A stretch of DNA of 64,000 bases, from the NCBI GenBank assembly GCA_937911225.1, contig CALDQM010000104.1:7938-71937 (forward strand). The letters are read 5' to 3'. The notes beneath the pieces are model-generated. The model was not told the origin of the DNA, ran no database searches, and saw only the letters and a list, made by a program, of their open reading frames with translations. This document shows, one piece after another, positions 9,792 to 19,826 of the stretch (positions are counted from its first letter, which is position 1; the number at the start of each line of letters is the position of its first letter). The position numbers were made by a program, and so were the translations under genes. The stretch is from an uncultured Cellvibrionales bacterium (GTDB lineage Bacteria > Pseudomonadota > Gammaproteobacteria > Pseudomonadales > Porticoccaceae).

Positions 9792-10115
9792 TTACTGAAA
9801 AAATAGCAGCCGATTAAAATAGGTATAGCTAGCCTCACTAGCCATCAATGCAATTAGCACCAAAATACATAGTGGTGGCATCAAAATTGCCAGTACGAAA
9901 GCAACTCGCTCCCATATCATATGCATAAATACCGCAATAATTAACCCAGCTTTTAGGAACATAAATACTAGAATTAACGTCCATCGCAGTCCACCTTGAA
10001 TTTGCATGTAATCAACTAGGTAAGAAAAGCTGCTGAGAACGAACAATAACCCCCAAACTTTAAAATATAGGCTTATCGGATGTTCTTGAACGTGTGCATC
10101 ACTACTATGCTGCAT
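9792..10115 (-). CDS. coxQ: Cytochrome c oxidase subunit IV family (CoxQ-like); start refined to MQHSSDAH
   Basis: HPISLYFKVWGLLFVLS, MFLKAGLIIAVFMHMIWE; GGGGAG SD before 10115; last gene of the operon. Confidence 0.8.
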   Translation of the reverse strand: MQHSSDAHVQEHPISLYFKVWGLLFVLSSFSYLVDYMQIQGGLRWTLILVFMFLKAGLIIAVFMHMIWERVAFVLAILMPPLCILVLIALMASEASYTYFNRLLFFQ

Positions 10116-10126
10116 GGTTAACTCCC

Positions 10127-10801
10127 CTACCAAAGATAAAAGAACGCAAATATAAAGACCCAAACAAGATCAACAAAGTGCCAGTACAGCCCAGTGATTT
10201 CAACAATTTCATAGCCTCTCTCTTCGTAGTCACCGCGCAGTACTTTTAGTGCAACAACAGTGAGATAAACCACGCCAATGGATACGTGAAAACCATGAAA
10301 TCCTGTGATCATAAAAAAAGCTGCACCGAACTGCGCGGCACCCAGGGGATTACCCCACGGGCGCACACCTTCCTCAACAATTAACTTAGTCCACTCAAAG
10401 GCCTGCATCCCCACAAAAAATACGCCAAACAAAGCAGTAACCAACATTAGCATCGCCGCTTTTTTGCGTTGACCGCGATAGCCACAATTAACGGCCATTG
10501 CCATGGTGCCACTGCTCGTAATCAGCACAAAAGTCATAATCGCAATGAGGATCAAGGGAATATGTTCGCCTGCAATAGTGAGAGCGAACACCTCACTAGA
10601 ATTAGGCCAAGGCTCTGCTGTTGTCATCCTCACCGACATATAGGCAACTAAAAAACAACTAAAAATAAATGTATCACTAAGCAGAAAAATCCACATCATG
10701 GTTTTTCCCCAGGAAACATTTTTAAATGCATCTTTATCTGAGACCCAGTCCTGAACTAGTCCATTGACACCGGAAGTGGTTGAGGGGGTGGAATTTTGCA
10801 T
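10127..10801 (-). CDS. coxP: Heme-copper oxidase subunit III family (CoxP-like)
   Basis: GKTMMWIFLLSDTFIF, FFMITGFHGFHV, GLYWHFVDLVWVFIFAFFYLW. Confidence 0.88.
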   Translation of the reverse strand: MQNSTPSTTSGVNGLVQDWVSDKDAFKNVSWGKTMMWIFLLSDTFIFSCFLVAYMSVRMTTAEPWPNSSEVFALTIAGEHIPLILIAIMTFVLITSSGTMAMAVNCGYRGQRKKAAMLMLVTALFGVFFVGMQAFEWTKLIVEEGVRPWGNPLGAAQFGAAFFMITGFHGFHVSIGVVYLTVVALKVLRGDYEERGYEIVEITGLYWHFVDLVWVFIFAFFYLW

Positions 10802-10806
10802 AGTAT

Positions 10807-11481
10807 TTACTCTCCTAATCCACAGAATTTAGCGATAGCCGCATAAGTACCTGGAGAACTTGATAAAAGAGCAAAAAGTAATATCCAAATCACTAATAAA
10901 AAGTGCCAGTATGTAGCGCATAACTCAACACTTAGCTTTGCTAGAGAGATAGATTTGCTGTCTGAATTTTTATCAACAACTGACAGTCGGTACGTGGCAA
11001 CCATCCATGCGAACATACCGCCAATGAGGTGTAATCCATGTAAGCCAGTCAGTAAAAAGAAAAACGCATTAGCTGGGTTGGTACTCGCAAGATATCCACG
11101 ATCAGTCAGGTATTGCCAGAATACTAACTGGCCAACTAAAAAACCGAATGAAGACAGCCCTGCTAGCCACAGGAACTCTCTGCTGTTCCCTTGTTTAGAT
11201 CGACCTATATTTCGTCGAGTCAATTCAAAGGCAATACTAGCCACTAAAAGCAAAGCACTGTTTATCCAAAGCTGACCAGTCTGAGCCAGTGGTTGCCACG
11301 GCTCTGATAACGCCTCCCAATCAGAAACTTGCGACCGTAATATATAGGAGAGTAAAAACAAAAAAAACATAGAGCTAATAGCTGCCATCAGCAGATGAAG
11401 TCCGGTTTTAGCGCTCGCGCTGCGACGCTCAAAACGGCTACGTGGTGCTGCAAGTGGGGCCAAGGTAGTTTGTGCTAGCAT
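10807..11481 (-). CDS. coxO: Second subunit III family protein (CoxO-like)
   Basis: NPANAFFFLLTGLHGLHLIGG, YWHFLLVIW. Confidence 0.85.
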   Translation of the reverse strand: MLAQTTLAPLAAPRSRFERRSASAKTGLHLLMAAISSMFFLFLLSYILRSQVSDWEALSEPWQPLAQTGQLWINSALLLVASIAFELTRRNIGRSKQGNSREFLWLAGLSSFGFLVGQLVFWQYLTDRGYLASTNPANAFFFLLTGLHGLHLIGGMFAWMVATYRLSVVDKNSDSKSISLAKLSVELCATYWHFLLVIWILLFALLSSSPGTYAAIAKFCGLGE

Positions 11482-11511
11482 AGGTATCTCCGCTTAAAGA
11501 CGTTGATGTTA

Positions 11512-13260
11512 CTATTCATCCAAATCACTCTCATGAACCGGCACCTCATCCGCTGATGTGGTCTGAGGTACATAATCAAGCTCCGCCTCGGGCACTCCAT
11601 AATCGTAAGCCCAGCGATGTACGACGGGCATAGATTCGCCCCAGTTTCCGTGTTTAGGGGGAGTGTCTGGTGTCAACCATTCCAGTGAGTTGGCCTTCCA
11701 TGGATTGCCACCGGAGGGCTTGCCTCGAAACAAGCTATAAATAAGGTTAAATAGGAATAATACCTGGCTAACACCAACTGCAATGGCGACCACGGTAATG
11801 AACGCATTTAGACTCTGAGCCGAATCCGGAATAAACTGATAATCTTCATAAGCGTAATAACGCCTCGGCATGCCAAGAAAACCTAAATAATGCATGGGGA
11901 AATAAATCAGATACGTGCCAAGAAAAGTTATCCAAAAATGTAACTTCCCAATCCCATCATGAAGCATCCGCCCAGTGATTTTGGGGTACCAGTGGTAGAT
12001 CGCCCCAAACACTACCAAAATTGGAGCAACACCCATCACCATGTGAAAATGTGCGACAACAAAGTAAGTGTCGGACAAAGGAATATCCACCACCACATTA
12101 CCCAAAAATAATCCGGTCAAGCCACCGACCAAAAACGTCACAATAAACGCTAAAGAGAAAAGCATGGGTACGGTGAGATGAATATTTCCACGCCACAGCG
12201 TTAGAAGCCAGTTATAAACTTTAAGGGCTGTAGGTACCGCAATCACAAGTGTCGTCGTTGCAAAGAAAAAACCAAAGTAAGGATTCATACCACTGACATA
12301 CATATGGTGAGCCCAAACCACAAAACTAAGTACACCGATGGCGACGATTGCCCAAACCATCATTCTATAGCCGAATATACTTCGTCTCGCATGGACACTT
12401 ATTAGATCTGACACCAAGCCAAATGCCGGCAAAGCAACAATATAGACCTCTGGATGACCGAAAAACCAGAATAGATGCTGAAATAATATTGGGCTACCAC
12501 CGGTATGATCAAGCTGAGTTCCAAATTGCATCATGTCAGGCATGAAAAAACTCGTACCTATAGTTTTGTCCAAAAGCATCATAATCCCGCTGACAAATAA
12601 TGCTGGAAATGCCAATAGAGCCAAGATCGTTGCGACAAAGATGCCCCAAACAGTCAGCGGAAGCCTAAACATAGTCATTCCGTGAGTACGAGCTTGCAGA
12701 ACTGTGGTTACATAATTAAGCCCGCCCATCGTTGCGGCGATTATAAAAATAATCAGTGATACCAGCATCAAGATAATGCCCCATTCAGAACCCGGGGTAC
12801 CTGCCGTTATCGCCTGCGGTGGGTACAGGGTCCAACCTGCGCCTGTGGGACCACCTGGCACGAAGAAACTAGCTATTAAGACTAATACCGAAACCAGATA
12901 AAACCAATAGCTAAGCATATTAACGAAGGGGAAAACCATATCCCGCGCACCGACCATTAGCGGAATTAGATAATTACCAAAACCACCTAAAAATAGTGCT
13001 GTGAGCAAGTAAATAACCATGATCATGCCATGCATAGTCATAGCCTGATAATAGCCGGTAGAATCCATATCAATACTGCCCGGAAATCCTATCTGCATGC
13101 GCATCATCCCGGAGAGAACCAAAGCTACGAGACCCACAGCAATAGCAGTAAGCGAGTACTGTATGGCGATCACTTTATGATCTTGGCTCCATACGTACTT
13201 GGCATAAAAGCTCGTTGGTTCGTGAAGTTCTTCGTGCTCTGCATCATCTACATAGGCCAT
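11512..13260 (-). CDS. coxN: Cytochrome c oxidase subunit I, type A1 (CoxN-like)
   Basis: TMHG, GARDM (D-channel Asp), FWFFGHPEVY, WAHHM, VPTALK (K-channel Lys), VAHFH. Confidence 0.95.
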   Translation of the reverse strand: MAYVDDAEHEELHEPTSFYAKYVWSQDHKVIAIQYSLTAIAVGLVALVLSGMMRMQIGFPGSIDMDSTGYYQAMTMHGMIMVIYLLTALFLGGFGNYLIPLMVGARDMVFPFVNMLSYWFYLVSVLVLIASFFVPGGPTGAGWTLYPPQAITAGTPGSEWGIILMLVSLIIFIIAATMGGLNYVTTVLQARTHGMTMFRLPLTVWGIFVATILALLAFPALFVSGIMMLLDKTIGTSFFMPDMMQFGTQLDHTGGSPILFQHLFWFFGHPEVYIVALPAFGLVSDLISVHARRSIFGYRMMVWAIVAIGVLSFVVWAHHMYVSGMNPYFGFFFATTTLVIAVPTALKVYNWLLTLWRGNIHLTVPMLFSLAFIVTFLVGGLTGLFLGNVVVDIPLSDTYFVVAHFHMVMGVAPILVVFGAIYHWYPKITGRMLHDGIGKLHFWITFLGTYLIYFPMHYLGFLGMPRRYYAYEDYQFIPDSAQSLNAFITVVAIAVGVSQVLFLFNLIYSLFRGKPSGGNPWKANSLEWLTPDTPPKHGNWGESMPVVHRWAYDYGVPEAELDYVPQTTSADEVPVHESDLDE

Positions 13261-13263
13261 GGG

Positions 13264-14394
13264 TTACTCCTCAACTGCAGGTTTAGTGGGCGAGCCTGAG
13301 CTCTCTGTAGACAGCGACTCAATGTAAGCAACTAGACTATCCAGTTGCTCATTGCTAAATTGGTAGGCAACCATTACAGGTGGGTAGCCCGCGACAATTT
13401 TTGCAGCCGGATCGACAATAGATTCAATTAGATAATCGGCGTCGACAAATACTTCACTACCATCAATGAGGCTCTCTTGACTACCAAATAAGTCTAGCCA
13501 CCCTGGGCCAAGACTAGGACCACCATCGATACTATGGCAGGCAAGGCAACCGCGGCTCGATGCTAATAGCTGCCCCTGCTCTACTAGCCCTTCAACCGTA
13601 CCTCCAGTAAGTACCTCTGCAAAGGTTATTTGTTCTGATAGCCATTGCTGATAGTCAGAGGCCTTATCAACAACAATTTGGCCGCGCATGTTGTAATGGC
13701 CAATACCGCAGTATTCAGCACAAAGAATCTCAAAGGTTCCTGGCACTGTGGGTGTAAACCAAAAATAAGTGATCTGACCCGGAATAAGGTCCATCTTGGC
13801 TCTAAATTGAGGGACATAAAAGTCGTGCAGAACATCTTTAGAGCGGAGTAGAACTTTGGTCGGTTGATTGACCAAAAGGTGCATTTGGTTACCCGCCACT
13901 AAAATATCGTCTTGTCCAGCGGCATCATCAGGATCAAGACCAAACGTATTGATTTCATCCATTCTACTGACACTACTACGACCAAACTTTTCATCAGTTC
14001 CTGGCAACCTATAGCTCCATCGCCACTGCTCACCGACAGCTTCAAATTCTACGGCGTTGGATGGTACATGAACGAAGTCGTTGTAAACTATGAGTCCTGG
14101 CGCGAGTAGTCCGCAAATAGCGACCGTGGTGATACCAATTAACCACCATTCAAGCTTTTTATTTTCGGGTTTATACTCAGACCTACGATCAGGATCTACT
14201 TGATATTTGTACACGCAGTAGGCCATGAAAATAACAATGGCAACAAAGAAAATACCCGTAATAACTAAGGTTATAGTAATGGTTGTATCAATCGATCCCC
14301 AATTCGAGGCCAATGGCGTTGCTTGCCATGGACTGAGGAAATGAAACAACACTGAGAGAATAACAATAGCGACCAAAATAACTGCAAAAGTCAT
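13264..14394 (-). CDS. coxM: Cytochrome c oxidase subunit II with fused C-terminal cytochrome c (CoxM-like); ATG at 14394 preferred to TTG at 14448
   Basis: CuA site HDFY...CAEYCGIGHYNM; heme c motif CLACH; AGGGG SD about 10 nt upstream of 14394. Confidence 0.92.
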   Translation of the reverse strand: MTFAVILVAIVILSVLFHFLSPWQATPLASNWGSIDTTITITLVITGIFFVAIVIFMAYCVYKYQVDPDRRSEYKPENKKLEWWLIGITTVAICGLLAPGLIVYNDFVHVPSNAVEFEAVGEQWRWSYRLPGTDEKFGRSSVSRMDEINTFGLDPDDAAGQDDILVAGNQMHLLVNQPTKVLLRSKDVLHDFYVPQFRAKMDLIPGQITYFWFTPTVPGTFEILCAEYCGIGHYNMRGQIVVDKASDYQQWLSEQITFAEVLTGGTVEGLVEQGQLLASSRGCLACHSIDGGPSLGPGWLDLFGSQESLIDGSEVFVDADYLIESIVDPAAKIVAGYPPVMVAYQFSNEQLDSLVAYIESLSTESSGSPTKPAVEE

Positions 14395-14703
14395 ATTGAT
14401 TTGACCCCTGTTACAAAGGGCAGGTGCCTTATATTGGCACTTTGCCAAAAAGACGAGCTATTAGTCCACGCTAAATATTCAGAGTCTTTTTGAAGCGCTC
14501 TGTGAATTGAGACCTTAGTCGCCAATATATAATTATTTTTTAACTCTTCTTTGAGTCTAGCACATAGGAAAAATTCTGCTGGAAGCTTATGCTGAAGCCG
14601 AGAGTTTGCCTTAAAAGCCGTTTGTACCAAGAAATACTGTGACAGAAGTGCGCGTTGTTAAGTATTATTTGCGCACCGTCTATTAGAACTTTACTATGCC
14701 AAC

Positions 14704-15531
14704 ATGACATCTCATCTTGCTAATTTCAGTCTTCGCTTTGCCGCTATCTTGCCAGAGATAGGCGGGGCACGTATGCCGTCACTACTGATCAGTATGCTAA
14801 AAACTCTTGTGCCATTTGATAATGCAGTGATTGTGCATTATCAAGGTGGTAAGAGGCCTCAGATACATTACAACGACATACCACCATTGCAACGAGAGAG
14901 CCAAATTGACAGTTTTGTAACCAGCGCATTTTTGCTAGATCCGTTCTATCGTGCCGCCATCGACAGAGGTATTGGTGGGCTTCATAGACTCAGTGATCTG
15001 GCGCCTGAAGGATTCAAAAAGACAGAGTATTACCGCAGTTACTTTAAATTTACAAAAATTAAAGATGAAATTGGTTACATTGTTCATCTGGATAATGAGC
15101 AGTTTATAAATATATCTCTGGGCCGGCTAGGTTTAGCTCAACGATTCAATCGCACTCAACTTTCCTTACTTAAAGATATCACGCCCATCATCGAGAGTGT
15201 TTGTGATTTACAATGGTCTGGCAATGAAAAAAGCCCCTCTGGTCAGATTAGTCAGTTGCCAGGGCAATTAGATAGTGCGCTAAAATGTTTCGGGACCGCG
15301 TATCTAACCGATCGTGAGACTCAGGTCGTACAGTTATTTTTGCATGGCCACTCAACCAAATCGATTGCCGAGCGTCTGGGTATCTCACCAGAAACCGTCA
15401 AATTGCACCGTAAAAATAGCTACGCCAAACTAGATGTGTCCTCACAGGCCGAGCTGTTTTATCTGTTTATTGATTCCCTGGCCAGTCTGAACAATTATGT
15501 CGGCGGAGATCCACTGGTAGGTTACCTCTGA
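14704..15531 (+). CDS. LuxR-family transcriptional regulator with an N-terminal putative ligand-binding domain
   Basis: C-terminal [46 protein letters not shown]; N-terminal FLLDPFY...[13 protein letters not shown]...DE; no receiver-domain motif seen. Confidence 0.88.
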   Translation: MTSHLANFSLRFAAILPEIGGARMPSLLISMLKTLVPFDNAVIVHYQGGKRPQIHYNDIPPLQRESQIDSFVTSAFLLDPFYRAAIDRGIGGLHRLSDLAPEGFKKTEYYRSYFKFTKIKDEIGYIVHLDNEQFINISLGRLGLAQRFNRTQLSLLKDITPIIESVCDLQWSGNEKSPSGQISQLPGQLDSALKCFGTAYLTDRETQVVQLFLHGHSTKSIAERLGISPETVKLHRKNSYAKLDVSSQAELFYLFIDSLASLNNYVGGDPLVGYL

Positions 15532-18101
15532 TCCTCACAAAATACAGCAACGCCGTCCTGTAATCGCCCACTAATAGAACTTCCAGGAGAAAATTCTCCA
15601 GACAAAATAGCCTCCGCTAATGGATTTTCAACTAGTTGCTGAAGCGCTCGCTTTAAGGGTCTAGCGCCGTAGACAGGATCAAAACCGACCTCCATGATTT
15701 GATTGAGTAGCTCATCATCAAGACTCAAGTTTAAATCATGGTGTGCCAAACGCTTTTGTAGTAGTTCCAGCTGAATACTCGCGATACCAAGTAATTCAGT
15801 CTTATCAAGGGGGTGAAAAACTACGGACTCATCGATTCTATTTATAAATTCCGGTCTGAAATTCATGGCAACTACATCCATCACTGCGGACTTCATCACC
15901 TCGTAATTATCTTCGCCGGAAAGTAGCTGAATAACATCTGAGCCAAGGTTAGACGTCATAACGATGACGGTATTTTTAAAGTCGACGGTGCGACCCTGCC
16001 CATCAGTCAGTCTTCCATCGTCAAGCACCTGCAAAAGTACATTAAAGATATCACTATGAGCCTTTTCGACCTCATCTAAAAGCACAACAGAATAGGGCCT
16101 ACGACGCACCGCTTCTGTTAGATATCCACCCTCCTCATAACCCACATAGCCCGGAGGTGCCCCTATTAGTCTTGCTACAGAATGCTTTTCCATAAACTCT
16201 GACATATCGATCCGAATCATTGCATCTTCACTATCGAACAAAAATTCAGCTAATGACTTACAAAGCTCTGTCTTTCCCACACCAGTAGGTCCCAGAAATA
16301 AGAACGAGCCGTTAGGCCGATTGGGGTCAGCCAAGCCAGCGCGAGCTCGACGCACCGCATTAGATACTGCTTTTACAGCTTCGCCCTGACCCATTACGCG
16401 GTGATGTAGAACATCTTCCATGCGCATGAGCTTATCTCGCTCGCCTTCAAGCATTCTGGTGACCGGAATACCCGTCCACTTAGCAACTACCTCAGCAACC
16501 TCGTCCTCGGTCACCCGATTACGCAATAACTGTTTCTCTACGATATCATGATGGCTAGCCTCCTCCAGTTGCTTCTCTAGCTGTGGAATAATACTGTATT
16601 GGATTTCGGCCATTTTCTCTAAATTACCCACGCGGTGAGCCACCTCTAAATCAGACTTAGCCTGCTCTAACTCACTTTTGATATGGGTAGCACCCTGCAT
16701 AGACGCTTTTTCGGCGATCCAAATTTGCTCAAGATCGGCATACTCTTTTTCTAAACCGCCAATATCCTCTTGAAGCTTCTTTTGTCGCTTCTTAGCTGCA
16801 GTATCGGTCTCTTTCTTCATTGCTTCACGTTCAATTTTTAACTGAATCAAACGTCGCTCTAGCCTGTCCATCACCTCTGGTTTGGAGTCTATTTCCATAC
16901 GAATCCGGCTACCAGCTTCATCTATTAAATCAATCGCCTTATCGGGTAACTGACGGTCTGTAATGTAGCGTGCAGACAATCTTGCCGCCGCTATAATTGC
17001 ACTATCGGTGATATCAACACCATGATGCACCTCATAGCGTTCTTTTAAACCCCTCAATATGGCAACGGTATCCTCCTCACTAGGCTCCTCCACAAGAACC
17101 TTCTGAAATCGACGTTCTAGCGCAGCATCTTTCTCAATGAACTTACGGTATTCGTCTAAGGTAGTTGCACCAACACAATGCAGTTCACCGCGTGCTAGAG
17201 CTGGCTTGAGCATATTCCCAGCATCCAGAGAACCTTCGGATTTACCCGCGCCCACCATAGTGTGCAGCTCATCGATAAATAGAATGATTTGACCCTCTTG
17301 TTTAGAAAGATCTTTAAGTACCGCCTTTAAGCGCTCCTCAAAGTCACCTCGGAATTTAGCACCGGCTAAAAGAGCGCCTAAATCTAACGTTAATACTCGC
17401 TTGTTCTTCAAACCCTCCGGCACTTCACCATTGATAATACGCTGAGCAAGACCCTCAACAATCGCCGTTTTACCGACGCCCGGTTCACCAATTAGTACAG
17501 GGTTATTTTTTGTACGCCGCTGTAAAACCTGAATGGTTCTACGAATTTCGTCATCTCGACCAATGACCGGGTCAAGCTTGCCCTTTTCTGCGCTTTCCGT
17601 CAGATCGATAGTATATTTTTCTAGCGCCTCGCGTTTTCCTTCGGCATCCGGATCGTTCACTGAATCTCCACCACGCACGCTAGAGATACCGGCAAGCGCT
17701 TTCTTAGTATCTCCAAATTTCCCCAGCATTTTGCCTATTTGACCAGAATCTTGTAACAGTGTTTGCAGCAGAGTCTCACTGGACATATATTGGTCGTTAT
17801 TTTTTTGAGCTGCCCGATCGGCTAAGTTCATCAAGCGTCCAAGTTCTTGACTAATACTGACGTCACCAGTGGGTGACTTGATCTTGGGTAACGTATCCAA
17901 TTGCCGATTTAATTGCTCCTGCAGACCACCAACATCAAAACCAGCTCGATTGAGAATAGGTCTGACACTCCCTCCCTGCTGGTTTAGCAGTGCAACTAAT
18001 AGATGGGCAATCTCAATAGCCGAATGATCATTACCCATCGCAATAGATTGGGCATCCGCGAAAGCTTGTTGGAGTTGATTAGTTAGTTTTTCCGCACGCA
18101 T
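15522..18101 (-). CDS. clpB: Chaperone ClpB
   Basis: Two AAA+ modules ([16 protein letters not shown]), a coiled-coil middle domain, and [23 protein letters not shown]. Confidence 0.98.
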   Translation of the reverse strand: MRAEKLTNQLQQAFADAQSIAMGNDHSAIEIAHLLVALLNQQGGSVRPILNRAGFDVGGLQEQLNRQLDTLPKIKSPTGDVSISQELGRLMNLADRAAQKNNDQYMSSETLLQTLLQDSGQIGKMLGKFGDTKKALAGISSVRGGDSVNDPDAEGKREALEKYTIDLTESAEKGKLDPVIGRDDEIRRTIQVLQRRTKNNPVLIGEPGVGKTAIVEGLAQRIINGEVPEGLKNKRVLTLDLGALLAGAKFRGDFEERLKAVLKDLSKQEGQIILFIDELHTMVGAGKSEGSLDAGNMLKPALARGELHCVGATTLDEYRKFIEKDAALERRFQKVLVEEPSEEDTVAILRGLKERYEVHHGVDITDSAIIAAARLSARYITDRQLPDKAIDLIDEAGSRIRMEIDSKPEVMDRLERRLIQLKIEREAMKKETDTAAKKRQKKLQEDIGGLEKEYADLEQIWIAEKASMQGATHIKSELEQAKSDLEVAHRVGNLEKMAEIQYSIIPQLEKQLEEASHHDIVEKQLLRNRVTEDEVAEVVAKWTGIPVTRMLEGERDKLMRMEDVLHHRVMGQGEAVKAVSNAVRRARAGLADPNRPNGSFLFLGPTGVGKTELCKSLAEFLFDSEDAMIRIDMSEFMEKHSVARLIGAPPGYVGYEEGGYLTEAVRRRPYSVVLLDEVEKAHSDIFNVLLQVLDDGRLTDGQGRTVDFKNTVIVMTSNLGSDVIQLLSGEDNYEVMKSAVMDVVAMNFRPEFINRIDESVVFHPLDKTELLGIASIQLELLQKRLAHHDLNLSLDDELLNQIMEVGFDPVYGARPLKRALQQLVENPLAEAILSGEFSPGSSISGRLQDGVAVFCEDQR

Positions 18102-18141
18102 AACTCTGCCTTTTTAATTTTAATCCGTTCTCTATTAAAAG

Positions 18142-18170
18142 AGTTGGGGATGACATGACCAAATTTCAAT
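18142..18170 (-). promoter_or_regulatory. Sigma-32 (RpoH)-type promoter of clpB
   Basis: Minus strand ATTGAAA-N14-CCCCAACT versus the consensus CTTGAAA-N13-17-CCCCATnT; about 40 bp upstream of the clpB ATG. Confidence 0.75.
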
Positions 18171-18403
18171 GTCATCTTAAACATGTTTGTAATAAAAATA
18201 TAAAGAGTGCCTTTCTTGCGAGATAAATTTCGTGTATTTTTATGCATAGGGTTTTGGGTACTCGGTGTTTATAGAGCATCGAGCTCATTAGTTCTTGAGC
18301 AAAGCATGCATTCTTTAACGTATTTATTTTTCCAAAAAATTTGATGCTTTTTTTACCTAACGCTTAATAAACAATGTCTATTAAAATCAATGTTGTAAAT
18401 TAA

Positions 18404-18415
18404 GTTACATGTAAC
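18404..18415. promoter_or_regulatory. Perfect 12-bp palindrome GTTACATGTAAC upstream of the SDR gene (candidate operator)
   Basis: Seen directly, 75 bp upstream of the ATG at 18490. Confidence 0.35.
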
Positions 18416-18489
18416 ATGCCTAATTTAACAATCGTGTGCGCTGATAAAATAGAGTTTGATCGACACTGACACAACATAAGAGACCCATT

Positions 18490-19503
18490 ATGAGTAAAGC
18501 GCAATCAAGTGAGAAATTGGATTTTACCGGGCAGGTAGCTCTTGTAACTGGTGCTGGCCGCGGCTTGGGTCGCGAACATGCCCTGCTGCTAGCCGCACGG
18601 GGCGCCAAGGTAGTCGTCAACGATTTAGGTACGACTTACGACGGTAGTGGCGCCGCTCAGGGCCAAGTGGCTGACGAAGTGGTTGCTCTTATTAAAGCCA
18701 GCGGTGGCGAAGCTATCGCCAATTACAATTCCGTCGAACAAGGCGAACTTATTGTCGCCGATGCAATAAATACTTATGGCCGTCTCGATATCGTGATTAA
18801 TAATGCAGGTATATTGACGCCAGAAGTGTGGTCTGAACTAACGCTTGAGTCTTGGCAACGAACCCTAAATATCAACTTGACCGGTGTGTTTTCAGTGATG
18901 AAAGCTGCCTGGCCGGTGTTTGTGCAACAGCAGTACGGTCGGTGTGTCATGACGGCCTCTCCCGCCATGTATGGCGCTGGCGTTGCCGCCTATGCTGCCA
19001 GCAAAGCCGGTGTTATAGGTCTGTCTCACTCGCTACAATTTGAGGCTAAAAAGCTAAAGCTCGACATTAAATGTAATGTGCTGATACCTCAAGCAGGCAC
19101 TCGCATGACCGAGGACTTTGCTCACTCAATTAATAAAAGTCGCATAGCTGCTGGGAAAAAGCCGGCCCCCAGCGCCCCTGAGGCAATAATGAAGCGCTTG
19201 TCACCGGACAAAGTATCAGCCATGGCAGTATGGCTTGCGCACCGCAATTGCCAAGCCGAGGCCGCTCTATTTGAAGCTGGTGGAGGCTATTTCGCACAGC
19301 TGAATTGGGCGCGATCGGCACCGCTATTTGCCACCGAAAAAGAAGGGATTATGGGAGCGCCGATCCCGGAGAATATTCGCGATGGACTAGAGACATTGGC
19401 AGACTTTGATCGAGGCGATAGGCCAATATCAGGCGATGGCACTATGGGTGCTCCCGACGCTCTGCAACGAGTGTTTGGCCACTTAAAATCCGGTGACAGG
19501 TAA
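18490..19503 (+). CDS. SDR resembling the dehydrogenase domain of peroxisomal MFE-2/HSD17B4 (3-hydroxyacyl-CoA dehydrogenase-like)
   Basis: TGAGRGLGREHALLLAARGAKVVVNDLG, VVALIKASGGEAIANYNSVE, NNAGIL, YAASK, C-terminal FEAGGGYFAQLNWARS. Confidence 0.8.
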   Translation: MSKAQSSEKLDFTGQVALVTGAGRGLGREHALLLAARGAKVVVNDLGTTYDGSGAAQGQVADEVVALIKASGGEAIANYNSVEQGELIVADAINTYGRLDIVINNAGILTPEVWSELTLESWQRTLNINLTGVFSVMKAAWPVFVQQQYGRCVMTASPAMYGAGVAAYAASKAGVIGLSHSLQFEAKKLKLDIKCNVLIPQAGTRMTEDFAHSINKSRIAAGKKPAPSAPEAIMKRLSPDKVSAMAVWLAHRNCQAEAALFEAGGGYFAQLNWARSAPLFATEKEGIMGAPIPENIRDGLETLADFDRGDRPISGDGTMGAPDALQRVFGHLKSGDR

Positions 19504-19781
19504 CCGATCTATAAACTTTGGCGAGTAGCAGACATGCTGTAATTTGATAGTTTACTCAGAAAACGCTTCTTATCACCTATGCAGCAATAAAGTTAGTGCC
19601 CTGCCAAATGGGCCCGATATAGCATGAGCAGTTACAGAGAGCACTTAACGTGCGATAAAGGACACGTTAGCTTCTTTGTCAGAAGCCCCCGGCTAGGCCC
19701 TTTATATTTTATGTTTAGAGCTTTAAAAGTGGCTTCGGTAGAAGACGTCAGTAGCCGAAAAAAATATGCATTTGACCTGAC

Positions 19782-19808
19782 AAAAAGCTCTGCATAACGC
19801 AGAACTTT
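19782..19808 (-). terminator. Rho-independent terminator of the pnt operon
   Basis: Minus strand AAAGTTCTGC-GTTAT-GCAGAGCTTT followed by TT, 18 bp after the pntB stop. Confidence 0.65.
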
Positions 19809-19826
19809 CTGAGTTTTTATATTTAC

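Noticed and set aside
14395-14703. FNR/ANR box or sigma-54 promoter for the cox operon
   Set aside because: TTGAT at 14396 has no ATCAA partner, and TGGCAC at 14435 is not followed by TTGC at the -24/-12 spacing.
18102-18489. CIRCE element upstream of clpB
   Set aside because: No TTAGCACTC-N9-GAGTGCTAA match; only a lone GAGTGC.
19624-19797. 57-aa plus-strand ORF (MSSYREHLTCDKGH...) between the SDR gene and pntB
   Set aside because: No SD or motif, and it runs into the pnt terminator; probably chance.
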